A stretch of DNA of 61,497 nt from Oscillospiraceae bacterium (GTDB lineage Bacteria > Bacillota > Clostridia > Saccharofermentanales > Saccharofermentanaceae), in contig CADBGD010000001.1 in the NCBI GenBank assembly GCA_902794115.1, forward strand, positions 1 through 61,497. The letters are read 5' to 3'. Of the stretch, positions 35,872 to 47,100 are shown piece by piece. The notes under the pieces are model-generated. The model ran no database searches and was not told the origin of the DNA. It was given only the letters and a program-made list of their open reading frames with translations. Each line of letters starts with the position of its first letter. Positions within the stretch are counted from its first letter, which is position 1. Position numbers and translations under genes: made by a program.

Positions 35872-37092
35872 ATGAAACAGTTCGGTTATAAAAATTGGAT
35901 CGTCGCAGTACTCGCATTTGCTCTTCTGTGTTCGGGTTGCACCAAGCCTGCCGAGACCGGCGACGCGAAAAAACAGATCAGATCGGATGCAAATAAAGCA
36001 GCCACATGGATCGACGAAAATGACGTGTCAGATACTTCCCTCAACAAGTCTTCCGATAAAAAGGACCCTTCTTCTGATGTAGAGGATACCGATATCATCG
36101 CCTCTTCGGACGAAGACGGAACCAAATCCACCCCTGCGGCCGACCCGGCCACATCTCCGGTCCCGCTGGGCTCCGCCAACATCTCGAACGGCGGATTTGC
36201 CACAGGTGACAGCATGTATTCATATTACGTGGCCCATCCGGATAAGAGCACCCTTTCGATCATGAAGGAGCACCGCCCCACCGGCCAGACGGAAATGATC
36301 TATACGTCTCAGGAAAGCGAACGCCCGCTCATCGATTGCCTGAATCTGGCGGGAAATGCACTGTTCTTCAGAGAGCGTGTCCCGGATTCGGATGAGTACA
36401 CCATTGAAAAGATCACCGTTTCCGGTGAAGATCAGAAGACGGTCTTACAGGGACATATCTCCAACGTGACCGCCTACGGAAACTACCTGTTCTACAGTAA
36501 GGACGGCGACATTTTCCGCTGCGATCTGGACGGCGAGAATGAAAAGGAGCTGTATGTATCCGACCAGTCTTCTATGGATGCCAACCCCGCTTTCTGCATC
36601 GAAAATGACCGGATCTACTTTGCCGACCCGACGAATTTTGCCAAAGGCGGCATGTACTTCGGCTGGCTGATCTCCATGGATCTGGAAGGCGAATCCTTCT
36701 TTGACATGGGCACTCCGGTGGAAGTCTGCAATAAAGAACTCTTCTACTCGGATGGAGAATATCTGTACTTCTACGGCAACACCGAAGAAGACGGTTCTGC
36801 CTACTATAAATGCAAGCTGGACGGCACCGCTCTGGAACTGGACGCCAAGGCCTGCCCGGTTTCCAGAAACCACATTGAAGGCAACGACTTTATCGCCGAT
36901 ACATATGAACTTTACAGACAGAACGGCTCCGATGGATTTACCCTGATCTACTCCGGTTTCATGGACCTGGGAAAGATCTGTATCGTCGGTGACGAGATCT
37001 ACTTTACCGACACGGATGCCACCAAATACGAATCCGGCACCGTCACCAAGCGGATCCATCTGAACAGTCCGAAAGAGGACATCCTGAACTAA
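35872..37092 (+). CDS. Lipoprotein with beta-propeller-like repeats (DUF5050-like)
   Basis: Start at 35872 (AAGGAGG RBS). Lipobox LLCSGC, a low-complexity linker, and recurring (L/Y)(F/Y)(F/Y)....D motifs. Confidence 0.7.
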   Translation: MKQFGYKNWIVAVLAFALLCSGCTKPAETGDAKKQIRSDANKAATWIDENDVSDTSLNKSSDKKDPSSDVEDTDIIASSDEDGTKSTPAADPATSPVPLGSANISNGGFATGDSMYSYYVAHPDKSTLSIMKEHRPTGQTEMIYTSQESERPLIDCLNLAGNALFFRERVPDSDEYTIEKITVSGEDQKTVLQGHISNVTAYGNYLFYSKDGDIFRCDLDGENEKELYVSDQSSMDANPAFCIENDRIYFADPTNFAKGGMYFGWLISMDLEGESFFDMGTPVEVCNKELFYSDGEYLYFYGNTEEDGSAYYKCKLDGTALELDAKACPVSRNHIEGNDFIADTYELYRQNGSDGFTLIYSGFMDLGKICIVGDEIYFTDTDATKYESGTVTKRIHLNSPKEDILN

Positions 37093-37136
37093 CCTTCCTC
37101 CCGGCTCACTCACCTCCCGGAAAGAAGCATAAAGAT

Positions 37137-37170
37137 CCCCGAAAGCCTTGCTCCTCCATGGCTTTCGGGG
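37137..37170. terminator. Strong hairpin terminator closing the NRPS operon; usable from both sides
   Basis: CCCCGAAAGCCttgctcctccatGGCTTTCGGGG (11-bp stem). On the plus strand gttttcattt follows it. It lies directly after the PPTase stop on the minus strand. Confidence 0.8.
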
Positions 37171-37174
37171 GTTT

Positions 37175-37891
37175 TCATTTACTTTCCATCTCAGAAAACG
37201 ACTCTTTCCATCGATCGATATCCGACCTCGTAAGAAAAGTTATCCCGGTACGATGATTCGTTTCTTCTTCCCCTGAAACACAAAGAGCCATCTTGTGATG
37301 TGCATCCAGATCACATGTTTGAAAGAAGAAACGGGTATTCTGCTTCCCGTCAACAAAAAGACAGATCTGTTCCGGTTTCAAACGGAATGAAAAGGAATTC
37401 AGCGGAATACTCATTCCCATTCCTATATTTTTCGTATAACTCTCTTTCAACGTCCATAACGAATAGAACGCAGCCTGTCTTTCCGCCTCAGGAAGCATGT
37501 GAAGATAGGCTATCTCCTCTTTCGCAAAATACTCATCTGCAACAGAGATCTCGATTTCTTCCATCTTCTCCACGTCAATGCCCAGGCTCCGGTCACCAAG
37601 TGCACACACCACCCAATCTCCGGAATGAGATACGTTGAAAAAAATGTCTTTATGATCTTTCAGATACGGTTTTCCATATTCCGTATTCAAAATGCGGCAG
37701 TCCCGGATAGCATATTTTTCCCACAGTGCATACCGGCAAACGATCTCGGCAAACAGACTTCTGATCTTATCCTCATCGAAGCGGAATCTGCTGATTTTGT
37801 CTCTCCGCTCCTCCGAAACGAAGGCAAGATAATCGGAAACCTCCTGAAATCCGCTGATACTATGAATATTGTACGCATACTGATATATCAT
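37175..37891 (-). CDS. Sfp-type 4'-phosphopantetheinyl transferase
   Basis: GKPYL, FNVSHSGDWVVCAL, GIDVEKM and WTLKESYTKNIGMG motifs. Confidence 0.9.
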   Translation of the reverse strand: MIYQYAYNIHSISGFQEVSDYLAFVSEERRDKISRFRFDEDKIRSLFAEIVCRYALWEKYAIRDCRILNTEYGKPYLKDHKDIFFNVSHSGDWVVCALGDRSLGIDVEKMEEIEISVADEYFAKEEIAYLHMLPEAERQAAFYSLWTLKESYTKNIGMGMSIPLNSFSFRLKPEQICLFVDGKQNTRFFFQTCDLDAHHKMALCVSGEEETNHRTGITFLTRSDIDRWKESFSEMESK

Positions 37892-37907
37892 ATCCGTCCC
37901 GAAATGA

Positions 37908-39230
37908 TCACCCTTCTTTATTCTCCTGCTTCTTCCGCAGGATTTTCATAAGCATCTCCCGGGAAACCTGACGGTTCACGCCTGCCTGATTCACAGCCGT
38001 TTCGTATTTCTTCTCCTGCCTGGGTAATACATAGGGTTCAATTTCAGGAATAACCGTCTTCCATACCCTGGCAGAATACTCTTCCTGATTCAGGTCCCTG
38101 TATTGCAAACATTTTTCTTTCATTCTGCCATCCATCAGCCGGGTAATACCCTCAGCTATGTTTTCCGGATCCCACATCTTCGGAGAATACTTTTCAGCAA
38201 TTCCCAGAGCACTCAGGCGGTCCGCATTGTCGGGTCCATCTGTCAAATGCGGCATCAGGAGCTGCGGCAAAGCCGCGTCAACCGCTTCGTTAATTGTTCC
38301 CATACCACCGTGATGAATAATCAGATCCACTTTATTCATCAGCGCGCGCAAAGGGACGTGACGCACACACAGTATCGTGTCCGGAACAGTTTCGGGAATA
38401 TATTCATCATACGGCGTGACAGCAATAGCATAGATATCCGCCATCGAACATGCCTGGATCGCCGTCTGATAAAACTCTTTGCTGACCATCCGGCTGCTTC
38501 CTCCGGTCACGATGACGGTTTTTTTCTTCTTATTCTTTGCTTCCTCCAGAAAAGCACTGACCTCCGGATCAAACTGCACCATTTCCTTTGGCTGTTCCGC
38601 AGCTAAAAAACCGATGGGAACAGCGCATTCCGGCCAGGTTTCATCCGCCTGGGCGTACCACTTCGGCCAGCCGCACAGAATCTTTCCGGGAGAATAGAGC
38701 CAGTCTTTCCAGTTGCTGATTGGTGTCAGTCCAAGTTCTGTCCTTGCCTGGTTGATTTCCTCACAGAATTTTTTTCCAAACAACTGGTCATGTAACTCCA
38801 TATGCGAGAAATAATTCGGAGCAAGAATCATGGATGCATAAGGCAGATGATTCTTTTCTGCCGCAATAAGGCCGGAGATACTCGATCGGTGACGGGCAAT
38901 GATAATGCTGTCCGGTGTGCAGATAGTCTCGATCAGTGCAACCTCGCGAAGGAGTCGTTCTTTTCCGTGATACAGTGTATGGAACCTAATATACTCCTCC
39001 TTTTTCCCGATCGGATCAGCAAGGAGTGCCAGGTCACGGTTCTGCTGTTCATACTCTTCCTTCGTATCAACAGCAATAAACTCCAGTCCTGCTTCTTTCG
39101 CTACATTCTCATACACACAGTGTGTCAGGATCGTGACCTTATGCCCTTCTTCTTTCAGCATTTTACCGAATCGGATAAAGGGATACACATCACCGCCGGT
39201 CCAATGAGTAACCAGTATAATATTCGACAT
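37908..39230 (-). CDS. GT1-family (GT-B fold, COG1819/Gtf-MGT-like) glycosyltransferase
   Basis: N-terminus ILVTHWTGGDVYPFIRFGKMLKEEGHKVTILTH and donor-binding motif HHGGMGTINEA. The ATG overlaps the upstream stop by 1 nt (TGATG). Confidence 0.85.
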   Translation of the reverse strand: MSNIILVTHWTGGDVYPFIRFGKMLKEEGHKVTILTHCVYENVAKEAGLEFIAVDTKEEYEQQNRDLALLADPIGKKEEYIRFHTLYHGKERLLREVALIETICTPDSIIIARHRSSISGLIAAEKNHLPYASMILAPNYFSHMELHDQLFGKKFCEEINQARTELGLTPISNWKDWLYSPGKILCGWPKWYAQADETWPECAVPIGFLAAEQPKEMVQFDPEVSAFLEEAKNKKKKTVIVTGGSSRMVSKEFYQTAIQACSMADIYAIAVTPYDEYIPETVPDTILCVRHVPLRALMNKVDLIIHHGGMGTINEAVDAALPQLLMPHLTDGPDNADRLSALGIAEKYSPKMWDPENIAEGITRLMDGRMKEKCLQYRDLNQEEYSARVWKTVIPEIEPYVLPRQEKKYETAVNQAGVNRQVSREMLMKILRKKQENKEG

Positions 39231-41065
39231 CAGTCTTCTCCATTCATCAATGCTTCAATTTCCTCATCCGACAGACCGGAAAGAAGATTTTCCTCAACCA
39301 GCTTCGCCATTTCCTCGACTGTCATCGGGCGGGAGAAGATCTCTACGAGCGCAATTGTTGTTCCGAAAGCATTATTCATTTTCTTGACCAGACGGTTCGC
39401 CAGAAGCGAGTGACCGCCTAACTCAAGGAAGTCATCACATACACTGACCTGCTCCAGATTAAGAAGTCCCTTCCAGATATCTGCAACCATCTCTTCGATC
39501 TCATTTCTGGGGGCGACATATTCATGAGCATTATCCGCGCTTTCATCTTCCATGCTCATCAGTGCCTTACGATCCACCTTCAAATTGGCAGTCATCGGGT
39601 ATTCATCCACAAAGCGGAAGATATTCGGTATCATGTAGTAGGGAAGCAGCTCCTCCACAAAAGCCTTCAGATCAGATACTGCCGGACGCTCCTCTGATTT
39701 CGTTTTGATAAAGGCCTTGATCTTTGCCTCCGCATTTTCTCCGGTAACGACTACCACAGCCTGCGCCACATCTTTATGCTTCGAAATAGCAGCTTCGATT
39801 TCACCCAGTTCAATACGGTATCCGTGCACCTTGACCTGGAAGTCACTTCTTCCCACATAAACGATATCAGTCTCATTCACACACTTGACAATATCGCCTG
39901 TCTTATAGATACGTCCACGGCCGGGTTCAACCGGATCGGGAATAAAACGCTCATCTGTCAGTTCCTTATTCTCAAAGTATCCACGTGCCACACCGATACC
40001 ACCGATATAGAGATCTCCCTCCATTCCGGTTTCCACCGGTTTCATATTCTGATCCAGCACGTAAATATCCGTCTGATCGATCGGTGCGCCAATCGGAATA
40101 TAGGTGTCTTTCTTTGTAATCTGGTACATAGTCGAATAGATCGTTGTCTCTGTCGGTCCATACACATTCCACAATTGCTCACACCCAAGATCCAGTAAAG
40201 ACTGCGCGAGGCTGATGCTCCAGGGTTCACCGCCGATGAGCATCTTCATGCCATCCAAATCCGGTATTTCGGCATCCAGTAACATATATGCTGTTGACGG
40301 CGTGAATCCGCAAAGATCGATTTTCTCATCTGCTATCAGTTTTGTCAGGAGTGCACCATCTTTTGCTGTTTCGTTATCGGCAACGATCAACGTACCTCCG
40401 TTGATAAGCGGGAGGAACATTTCAGAAATCGAAATATCAAAGGTGATCGTAACTACAGTAAGGCCTCTTTCCGAACCATTCAGATGCAGGTTATCGCTTA
40501 CGCTCAACAGGTAGTTCACCATACCTTCATGCTCCACTTCGACGCCTTTCGGTTTTCCCGTAGAACCGGATGTAAAGATCACATATGCAAGCTGGTGGCC
40601 GCCGCTTAACAGATTCTCGCTGACATAGTTCTCACCATGCAGTATCTCTTCCCAGATGCTGTCGACACAAATCATTTTGGCAGATAATGCAAATGCATCC
40701 TCGTATTTCTTTTCCGTAAGGACCGTGCCGATATGTGACTTTTCAATGATGTACTTGTTCCGCTCGCTCGGATGAGCCGGATCCAACGGCACATATGCAC
40801 CACCGGCCTTAATCACAGCCAGAAGAGAAATGATCATCTTTTCGGAACGGTCCATATAGATTCCGACAAGCGATTCTTTCTGCACACCGGCATCCTGAAG
40901 AATTTTCGCTAACCGTGATACGGCGCCGCAAACCTCTTCGTATGTCATTGAAGTTGAATGGAATTTTAAAGCTTCTTTCTGCGGCTGTTCTTTCGCCCGC
41001 TGCTCCAAAAGTCCAATCAGTGTTACTCCTTTTGTATCTCTCTGTTTACCATGAAAAATGCTCAT
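39230..41065 (-). CDS. Stand-alone NRPS adenylation-thiolation (A-T) protein
   Basis: GGGAGGA RBS. A3 LAYVIFTSGSTGKPKG, A5 NVYGPTETT, A7 YKTGD, A8 GRSDFQVKVHGYRIELGEIE, A10 NLKVDRKAL. Carrier motif FLELGGHSLLA (Ser553). Confidence 0.93.
   Translation of the reverse strand: MSIFHGKQRDTKGVTLIGLLEQRAKEQPQKEALKFHSTSMTYEEVCGAVSRLAKILQDAGVQKESLVGIYMDRSEKMIISLLAVIKAGGAYVPLDPAHPSERNKYIIEKSHIGTVLTEKKYEDAFALSAKMICVDSIWEEILHGENYVSENLLSGGHQLAYVIFTSGSTGKPKGVEVEHEGMVNYLLSVSDNLHLNGSERGLTVVTITFDISISEMFLPLINGGTLIVADNETAKDGALLTKLIADEKIDLCGFTPSTAYMLLDAEIPDLDGMKMLIGGEPWSISLAQSLLDLGCEQLWNVYGPTETTIYSTMYQITKKDTYIPIGAPIDQTDIYVLDQNMKPVETGMEGDLYIGGIGVARGYFENKELTDERFIPDPVEPGRGRIYKTGDIVKCVNETDIVYVGRSDFQVKVHGYRIELGEIEAAISKHKDVAQAVVVVTGENAEAKIKAFIKTKSEERPAVSDLKAFVEELLPYYMIPNIFRFVDEYPMTANLKVDRKALMSMEDESADNAHEYVAPRNEIEEMVADIWKGLLNLEQVSVCDDFLELGGHSLLANRLVKKMNNAFGTTIALVEIFSRPMTVEEMAKLVEENLLSGLSDEEIEALMNGED
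39290..39514 (-). other. Carrier (T/PCP) domain of the A-T protein; the acidic tail occupies 39233-39295
   Basis: LGGHS with Ser553 (codon 39407-39409). The tail reads EENLLSGLSDEEIEALMNGED. Confidence 0.8.
39551..41032 (-). other. Adenylation domain of the stand-alone A-T protein (approximate)
   Basis: Core motifs A1-A10. Hand-extracted specificity code D-I-S-G-L-G-V-I-Y-K. Confidence 0.8.
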
Positions 41066-41119
41066 TTCTATTTTCCTCCCGTTTGTTTTTATGTTGGTTT
41101 TTCACGATCTTCTGTATTT

Positions 41120-44100
41120 TTATGTAATGGAAAAGGCCTTCTGTATCCTTCTGTAGAATTCCTCATCAGAAACCCCGTGCATATGGAATCCCATACCCAC
41201 GTAGACCTTATCACCATCAAGACAGCATTCGATGCCTTCCTGCGCACTCTGACTGCCCAAATTGTATATCTCGATCTGATTCATTTCTTCACTCATCATA
41301 TCGATCGATTCTTTCAGGTTCACTACCGGTACATCATCACAAATACCTGAAGCATATTCATCTCCAAGGAAATGGTATTCCGCGCTCCCCTCTTTCAGCT
41401 TATCGATCGCCTCATCGTAGAAACAGATCTCCTGCCTCTTTTTGTCGTACACACAGGGAATGTAGTCGATGTAATATCCGATCGTATTCATTGAACGGTC
41501 ATCCCGGCAGTGGTACAGCATAAAGAACGGTATCGAACTCAGGTCTTTCGTATCACTGATTTCACTGAACTTGGACATAAGCCATCTAACATCGTAAGTG
41601 ACATTCTCGTCCTTCTTCAGCGTGACACTAAAGGACTTGTTTTCATATGTACCGGCAGATCTCGCTTTATAAAGCTCAATACTGGACAGGATCGTCCCGC
41701 TGTCTTCTTTGCTGTGTACAGACTTTTCTGCCGTATTCCGGCACTGTATGTAATCGCTGTACGTCAGATCATCCGGCTTTGTGCTCCCTGACTGGTTAAG
41801 GTATGTCTCCAGAAGATCTGCCGCCACATCACAGCTGCTTCGATCCCACAGTGCATGATTGGCCGCGATGTACACATCAAAGGAGCCGGTACCCGACTCG
41901 GTAATCAGGATCACAGGTAAAATATCTATTCCGGATCTAACCTCATGTGCAAAAAGACATGTCGCAGCAGACTCTCTGCTGACTGCCTGAGATGCGGATA
42001 GATACGGAATTTTCCATTCACCAAATGAATACTCCGTGATTTTTTCCTGCTCATCGGAATAACAGGAACGCAGTGCACTTTGATCCCGCACCATATCAGT
42101 CAGTGCTTTCTGGATCTGCGAAACCGTAGCTCCCGAAATGTGGAAACATACACCGATGATCGAAGATTCATCTGTGGAAAGATGCAGATAATACTTCTGC
42201 ATGTTGTTCGGCTTGTAACTGCTGACGATACTCTTTCCCTTCAGATTGTTCTTATATTCAGCTATGGCTTCAATAACGCCTTCGTTATGGACTTTTTTCC
42301 CTTCGATCACCGGCGGCTCAAACATGGAGATCTTAATTGCTGACTTGTCGGCATTCACAGAGGAAGATATCTCTTCATCCGCATCCATTCCTAAAACCTG
42401 AGCCAGTTGCGAAATCGTCCTGTACGTGTGCAGGTCTTTTGTCGAAACAGGAATGTTGAACAGTTTCAGTTTGGCAGAAACACGGATCGCTTTCAGTGAA
42501 TTTCCGCCCAGTTCAAAGAAATCATCCTGTATGCCGACTTTCTCCACATCAAGAATCTCTTCAAATACAGAAGCCATCGTCCTTTCCGCCTCATTTCGCG
42601 GCGCGATGTACTCTTTTCCGGTACTTGCTTCAATTACCGGAAGGGCCCGCTTATCCAGTTTTCCGTTTCTGTTTACCGGTATCTTTTCAATCCGCATCAT
42701 ATACGAAGGGATCATGTAATCCGGAAGATTTTTTCCGAGTTCACTTCGGATCAGAGAAATGTCCATTTCGTCCTGGCTGACGAAATACGCGTAAATTGCC
42801 TTATCACCGGACGATTCTTCTCTAACGATCACAGCACAATCCTTAATGCCTTCAATCTCTCTGAGGCGGCTATCGATCTCTCCCAGTTCAATTCGGAAGC
42901 CTCTCACTTTGACCTGTTCATCGATTCGTCCGAGATACTCCACATTGCCATCCGGAAGCCATCTTGCAAGGTCACCCGTGTGATACAGTCTTCCTGTTCC
43001 AAACGAATTGGGAGCAAATTTCTCCCCGGTCAGTTCCGGACGGTTCAAATAGCCTCTTGCCAATCCGTCTCCGGCAATACAAAGCTCGCCGGGAACACCG
43101 ATTCCACACAGATGATCTTTATCCACGATATAGATCTGCGTATTGCTGATCGGTTTTCCGATAGGGATGCTGGCATATTCTCCCTCAATCTGGAAGCAGC
43201 TTGACCATACTGTAGTTTCGGAAGGACCGTATACGTTTTCGATCACGGCATCCGAGGCTGCCTTCAATCTGGAAACCACTTCCATACCTACAGCTTCGCC
43301 TCCAAGCATGATGTACCGCATTCCGGCAAACACTTTCGTTTCCGGATCCTGTGCAAAGAACCCTTTTATACGGCTCGGCGTAGTCTGCAGGATCTCGATC
43401 CCGTTTTCCACAACGAGTTTTTCAAATGCAGCAAGGTCACTTTGCTCTTCACTTGTGGCCACATATATAGTCATACCATTGCAAAGAGTTAATATTGCTT
43501 CTGTGACAAAGATATCAAACACAAGGTTCGTGACAGACACAAAGCGGCGAAGTCCGTTTTTGTATGCGTATGTCATCGTACTCTTATCTGATACAAAAGA
43601 GTAGTTCACAACATTTTGATTCTTGATCATGACACCTTTCGGTTTTCCGGTTGTGCCCGATGTATAAATACAATAGAGCAGATCCTCCGGGCATGTCACA
43701 TGTTCCGGATTGGAAGAGGTGCCGGAATACAGTTCCGGATCAGCCAGATCAATTCTAATGATATCTGTATCCAGGCTTGTCTTGTACGTCAGCACAGCCT
43801 TAGGAGAAGCATCTTCCAGCATATACTCGATTCGGTCCTTCGGATACGCAGGATCCATGGGAAGATACGCTCCTCCTGCTTTCATAACTCCGTAGATGGC
43901 AATAATCATTTCCAGGCTTCTTTCCGTAAAAACGGCAACAAAGTCATTCGGTTTCACGCCCAGTTTTCTCAATCGGTCAGCGAGCTGGTTGGCTTTTTCA
44001 TTGAGCTCGGCATACGTGAGGCTCTGTCCATCGTATACAACAGCGGTTTCATCAGGTGTATTTGCGACTGCCTCTTCAAACATCTCCACCACGGTCTTTT

Positions 44101-47100
44101 CCTTCGGATACTCTATGGCAGTACTGTTGAATTCTGAAAGAATCCGGGCTTTTTCCTCCTCACAGATCACCTGTACCTGATCGATCCGTAAAGAAGGAGT
44201 CTCCGTCAGTTCTTCCAGTACAGCGATATAGTGCTTGAGAAGATTCTCCGCGCTTTCTTCTCTGAACAAGGCTGTACAGTACTCCAGTCCAATATCAAAA
44301 TCGTCTTCATGTCCGTTGATGTTGAACGTAATATCGAATTTGGCGACCGTATCCTCCGATTCGGCATATTCTGTTTCCGCACCGTTCAACCGGATCTGTT
44401 CGGTCTCATTGTTTTGGAGAACGAGCATAACATCAAACAGCGGGTTTCTGGACATATCCCTTACAACATGAACTGACTCGACCAGTTCCTCAAAAGGATA
44501 CTCCTGATTCTCGTAGGCTTTCAGACAGGTGTCCTTGATTTCGGAAAGAAATTCCAGGAACGTCTTTTTTCCCTCCGGTTTGCCACGCAAGGCCAGTGTA
44601 TTGATAAACATACCCAGCATACCTTCCGTATCCTTGTGGGTACGGCCACTGATCGGTGTACCGATCACAATATCCTCCTGACGACTATACTTTCCCAGAA
44701 GGATCATCGCAGCAGAAAGCAGTACCATAAATTCCGTCGTGCCGGTCTTGGCGGCAAGATCACGGATCTTTCTTCCCAAAACCTCGCCGGTACTGTTAAA
44801 TACCATAGAACCACGATAACTCTGCTCCTGCGGTCTGACGAAATCCAGAGGCATATCCAATACCGGGATCTCATCATCAAACTGATGTTTCCAATATGCC
44901 GCCTGTCCGCTAAGATCACGATTACGCATCCATTCACTGTAGTCTTTGAACTGATGGGTCAGCGCAGGGAGTTTCTCGCCATTATACAGTGCATTCAACT
45001 CCCGGATAAAAGTACCCACACTCATGCCGTCACCTACAATGTGATGCATATCAATGTTCAACAGATAGTATCCGCTCCGCTCGATGAGCTGAACCCGGAC
45101 AAGCGGGAGTTCACTCAAATCAAATGGGCGGACAAAATCGGAAATCAGCTTAGCTTCATCTGTTTGCGTATCCTGGATATACTCAAAATCCGCATCTGCA
45201 TGATTCAGGATTTTCTGCACCGGTTCCCCGTCCACCATGAGGAATTTTGTCCTCAATATCTCATGCCGGTCGATCAGATCCTGCAATGCGCTTCTGAATG
45301 CATCCGGATTCACCTCACCATGAAGTATCAGATGCTCCGGCATGTTATACAAAATGTCATCCGGATTCATCTGGCAGACGAGATATGTTCTTTTCTGGGC
45401 GGAAGACATCGGATAGTATTCCTTCTCTTCTGCATGCGGAATCGATACAAACTCTTCTTCCTTTTTCCCGTTTACGATTTCAGCCAGTTTTTCCGGAGTC
45501 GGACTGCTGAAAACAAATTTTAACGGGATCCTCTTTCCGGTTTCCGCCTCTATACGGTTTACCAGTCTGGTTGCACGCAAAGAATGGCCGCTAAGAGCAA
45601 AGAAACTGTCCTTAACGCTGACTTTCTCTACATTCAGGATCTCACTGAAGATGCGGCAGATAATTTCTTCTGTTTCATTACTCGGTGCTACATATTCGCC
45701 GCCGGTTTTTGCTTCGATATCCGGCAATGCACGCTTATCGACTTTTCCGTTTCTGGTCATCGGTATTTTTTCGATCTGCGTCATATAGGACGGCAGCATA
45801 TAATCCGGAAGCGATTTTGCAAGTTCATCCCGGATCATCGGAATGCGGACAGCCTCATCACTGACAACATAAGCATAGATCGCCTTTTCTCCGTTGCTGT
45901 CATTTCTTGCAATTACCGCACAATCTTTGATTTTATCGATTTCCCGGATACGGCTCTCGATTTCACCCAGTTCAATTCGGAAACCACGGATCTTCACCTG
46001 TTCATCGATTCGGCCAAGATATTCGATATTTCCGTCCGGCAGCCATCTGGCAAGATCACCTGTCCGGTACATTCTTCCTTCACTAAATGGATTCTTTACG
46101 AATTTCTCCGCTGTCAGATCCGGTCTGTGCAAGTATCCTCTTGTGATTCCTGCTCCGCCTGCACAGAGCTCACCCGGCACACCGACTCCACACAGTGTAT
46201 CACCCTGCAGAATGTATACCTGCACGTTGTGGATCGGTTTGCCTATCGTGATTCTTTCAGGTGTTTCCCCCTTCTTACATATCCAGTTACTGATACATAC
46301 CGTTGCCTCAGTCGGGCCATAGGAATTAATGTACCCGCTGTTTGCCAGTACAGCTTCCACAACCGACATCGGAGCTGCTGACCCGGCTGTGAGGACATAT
46401 TTATTCAGAACAAAACGGCCCTGCTCATAGTATTGCGGCGGGAAATAAGATACGTTGATCTTTTTCTCGGAAACGTATTTCTTCATGGCATCCAGATCAC
46501 GAATTGTCTCATCTGTCGGTATATACAGAGACGCACCGTTCATAATCGCGGTCAGCATTTCCCAAACCGATCCATCGAAGATGTAATTCGAAAAAAGCAT
46601 GGCATGGTCTTCTTCCGTGATACCCAGTTCTTTTCTCATATAGCAGGCAAGATTGCAGACATTCTTGTGCTCGATCAGCACGCCTTTGGGCTTACCTGTG
46701 GTTCCGGAAGTAAAAATACAATACACAAGATCATCCGGGGTATTTGTATGTTCCGGATTTTCTACCGGGCCCGCAAAAATCTTTTTTTCAGCCAGATCGA
46801 TCACCGGAATATCTGTACGGATCTTCGTATTGTAGGTCAGCACAGCCTTCGGCGCCGCGTCTTCCAGCATATATGCGATTCTGTCTTCCGGATATGTCGG
46901 ATCCATCGGAACATAGGCTCCGCCTGCTTTGATGATGCCAAAGATACCTATGATCATTTCCAGACTTCTCTCGGTGAGCATGGAAACAAATTCACCAGGT
47001 TTGACACCATACTGTTCCCGGAGAGAATGAGCAAGCTGATTCGCTTTTTCGTTTAATTCGCGATAGGTCAGTGCTTCCCCTTCAAAGAAAACGGCAATAT

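Noticed and set aside
37093-37174. The left edge of the AT-rich NRPS region as a mobile-element or genomic-island junction
   Set aside because: No integrase, transposase, tRNA gene, or direct or inverted terminal repeats are visible at this boundary, only a terminator hairpin. The right boundary lies outside the window, so mobility cannot be supported.
21041-38556. Apparent over-representation of AAAAGCACT / AGTGCTTTT (10 or more copies across the window)
   Set aside because: Most copies fall inside genes, where they encode G-K-A-L / F-G-K-A-L-type peptides (for example GFGKALMD, LFGKALRE) with the preferred AAA/GCA/CTT codons. The excess is therefore largely codon-driven. Only the intergenic copies at 21041-21150 were kept, as part of a separate finding.
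41123-42328. The NRPS C-terminal 400 aa as a type I thioesterase, reductase or epimerisation domain
   Set aside because: There is no GxSxG nucleophile elbow, no Rossmann GxxGxxG, and no second HHxxxDG with E-domain flanking motifs. The only recognisable core is the C-like NHALWD segment. Module sizes of about 1050 aa leave no room for E domains.
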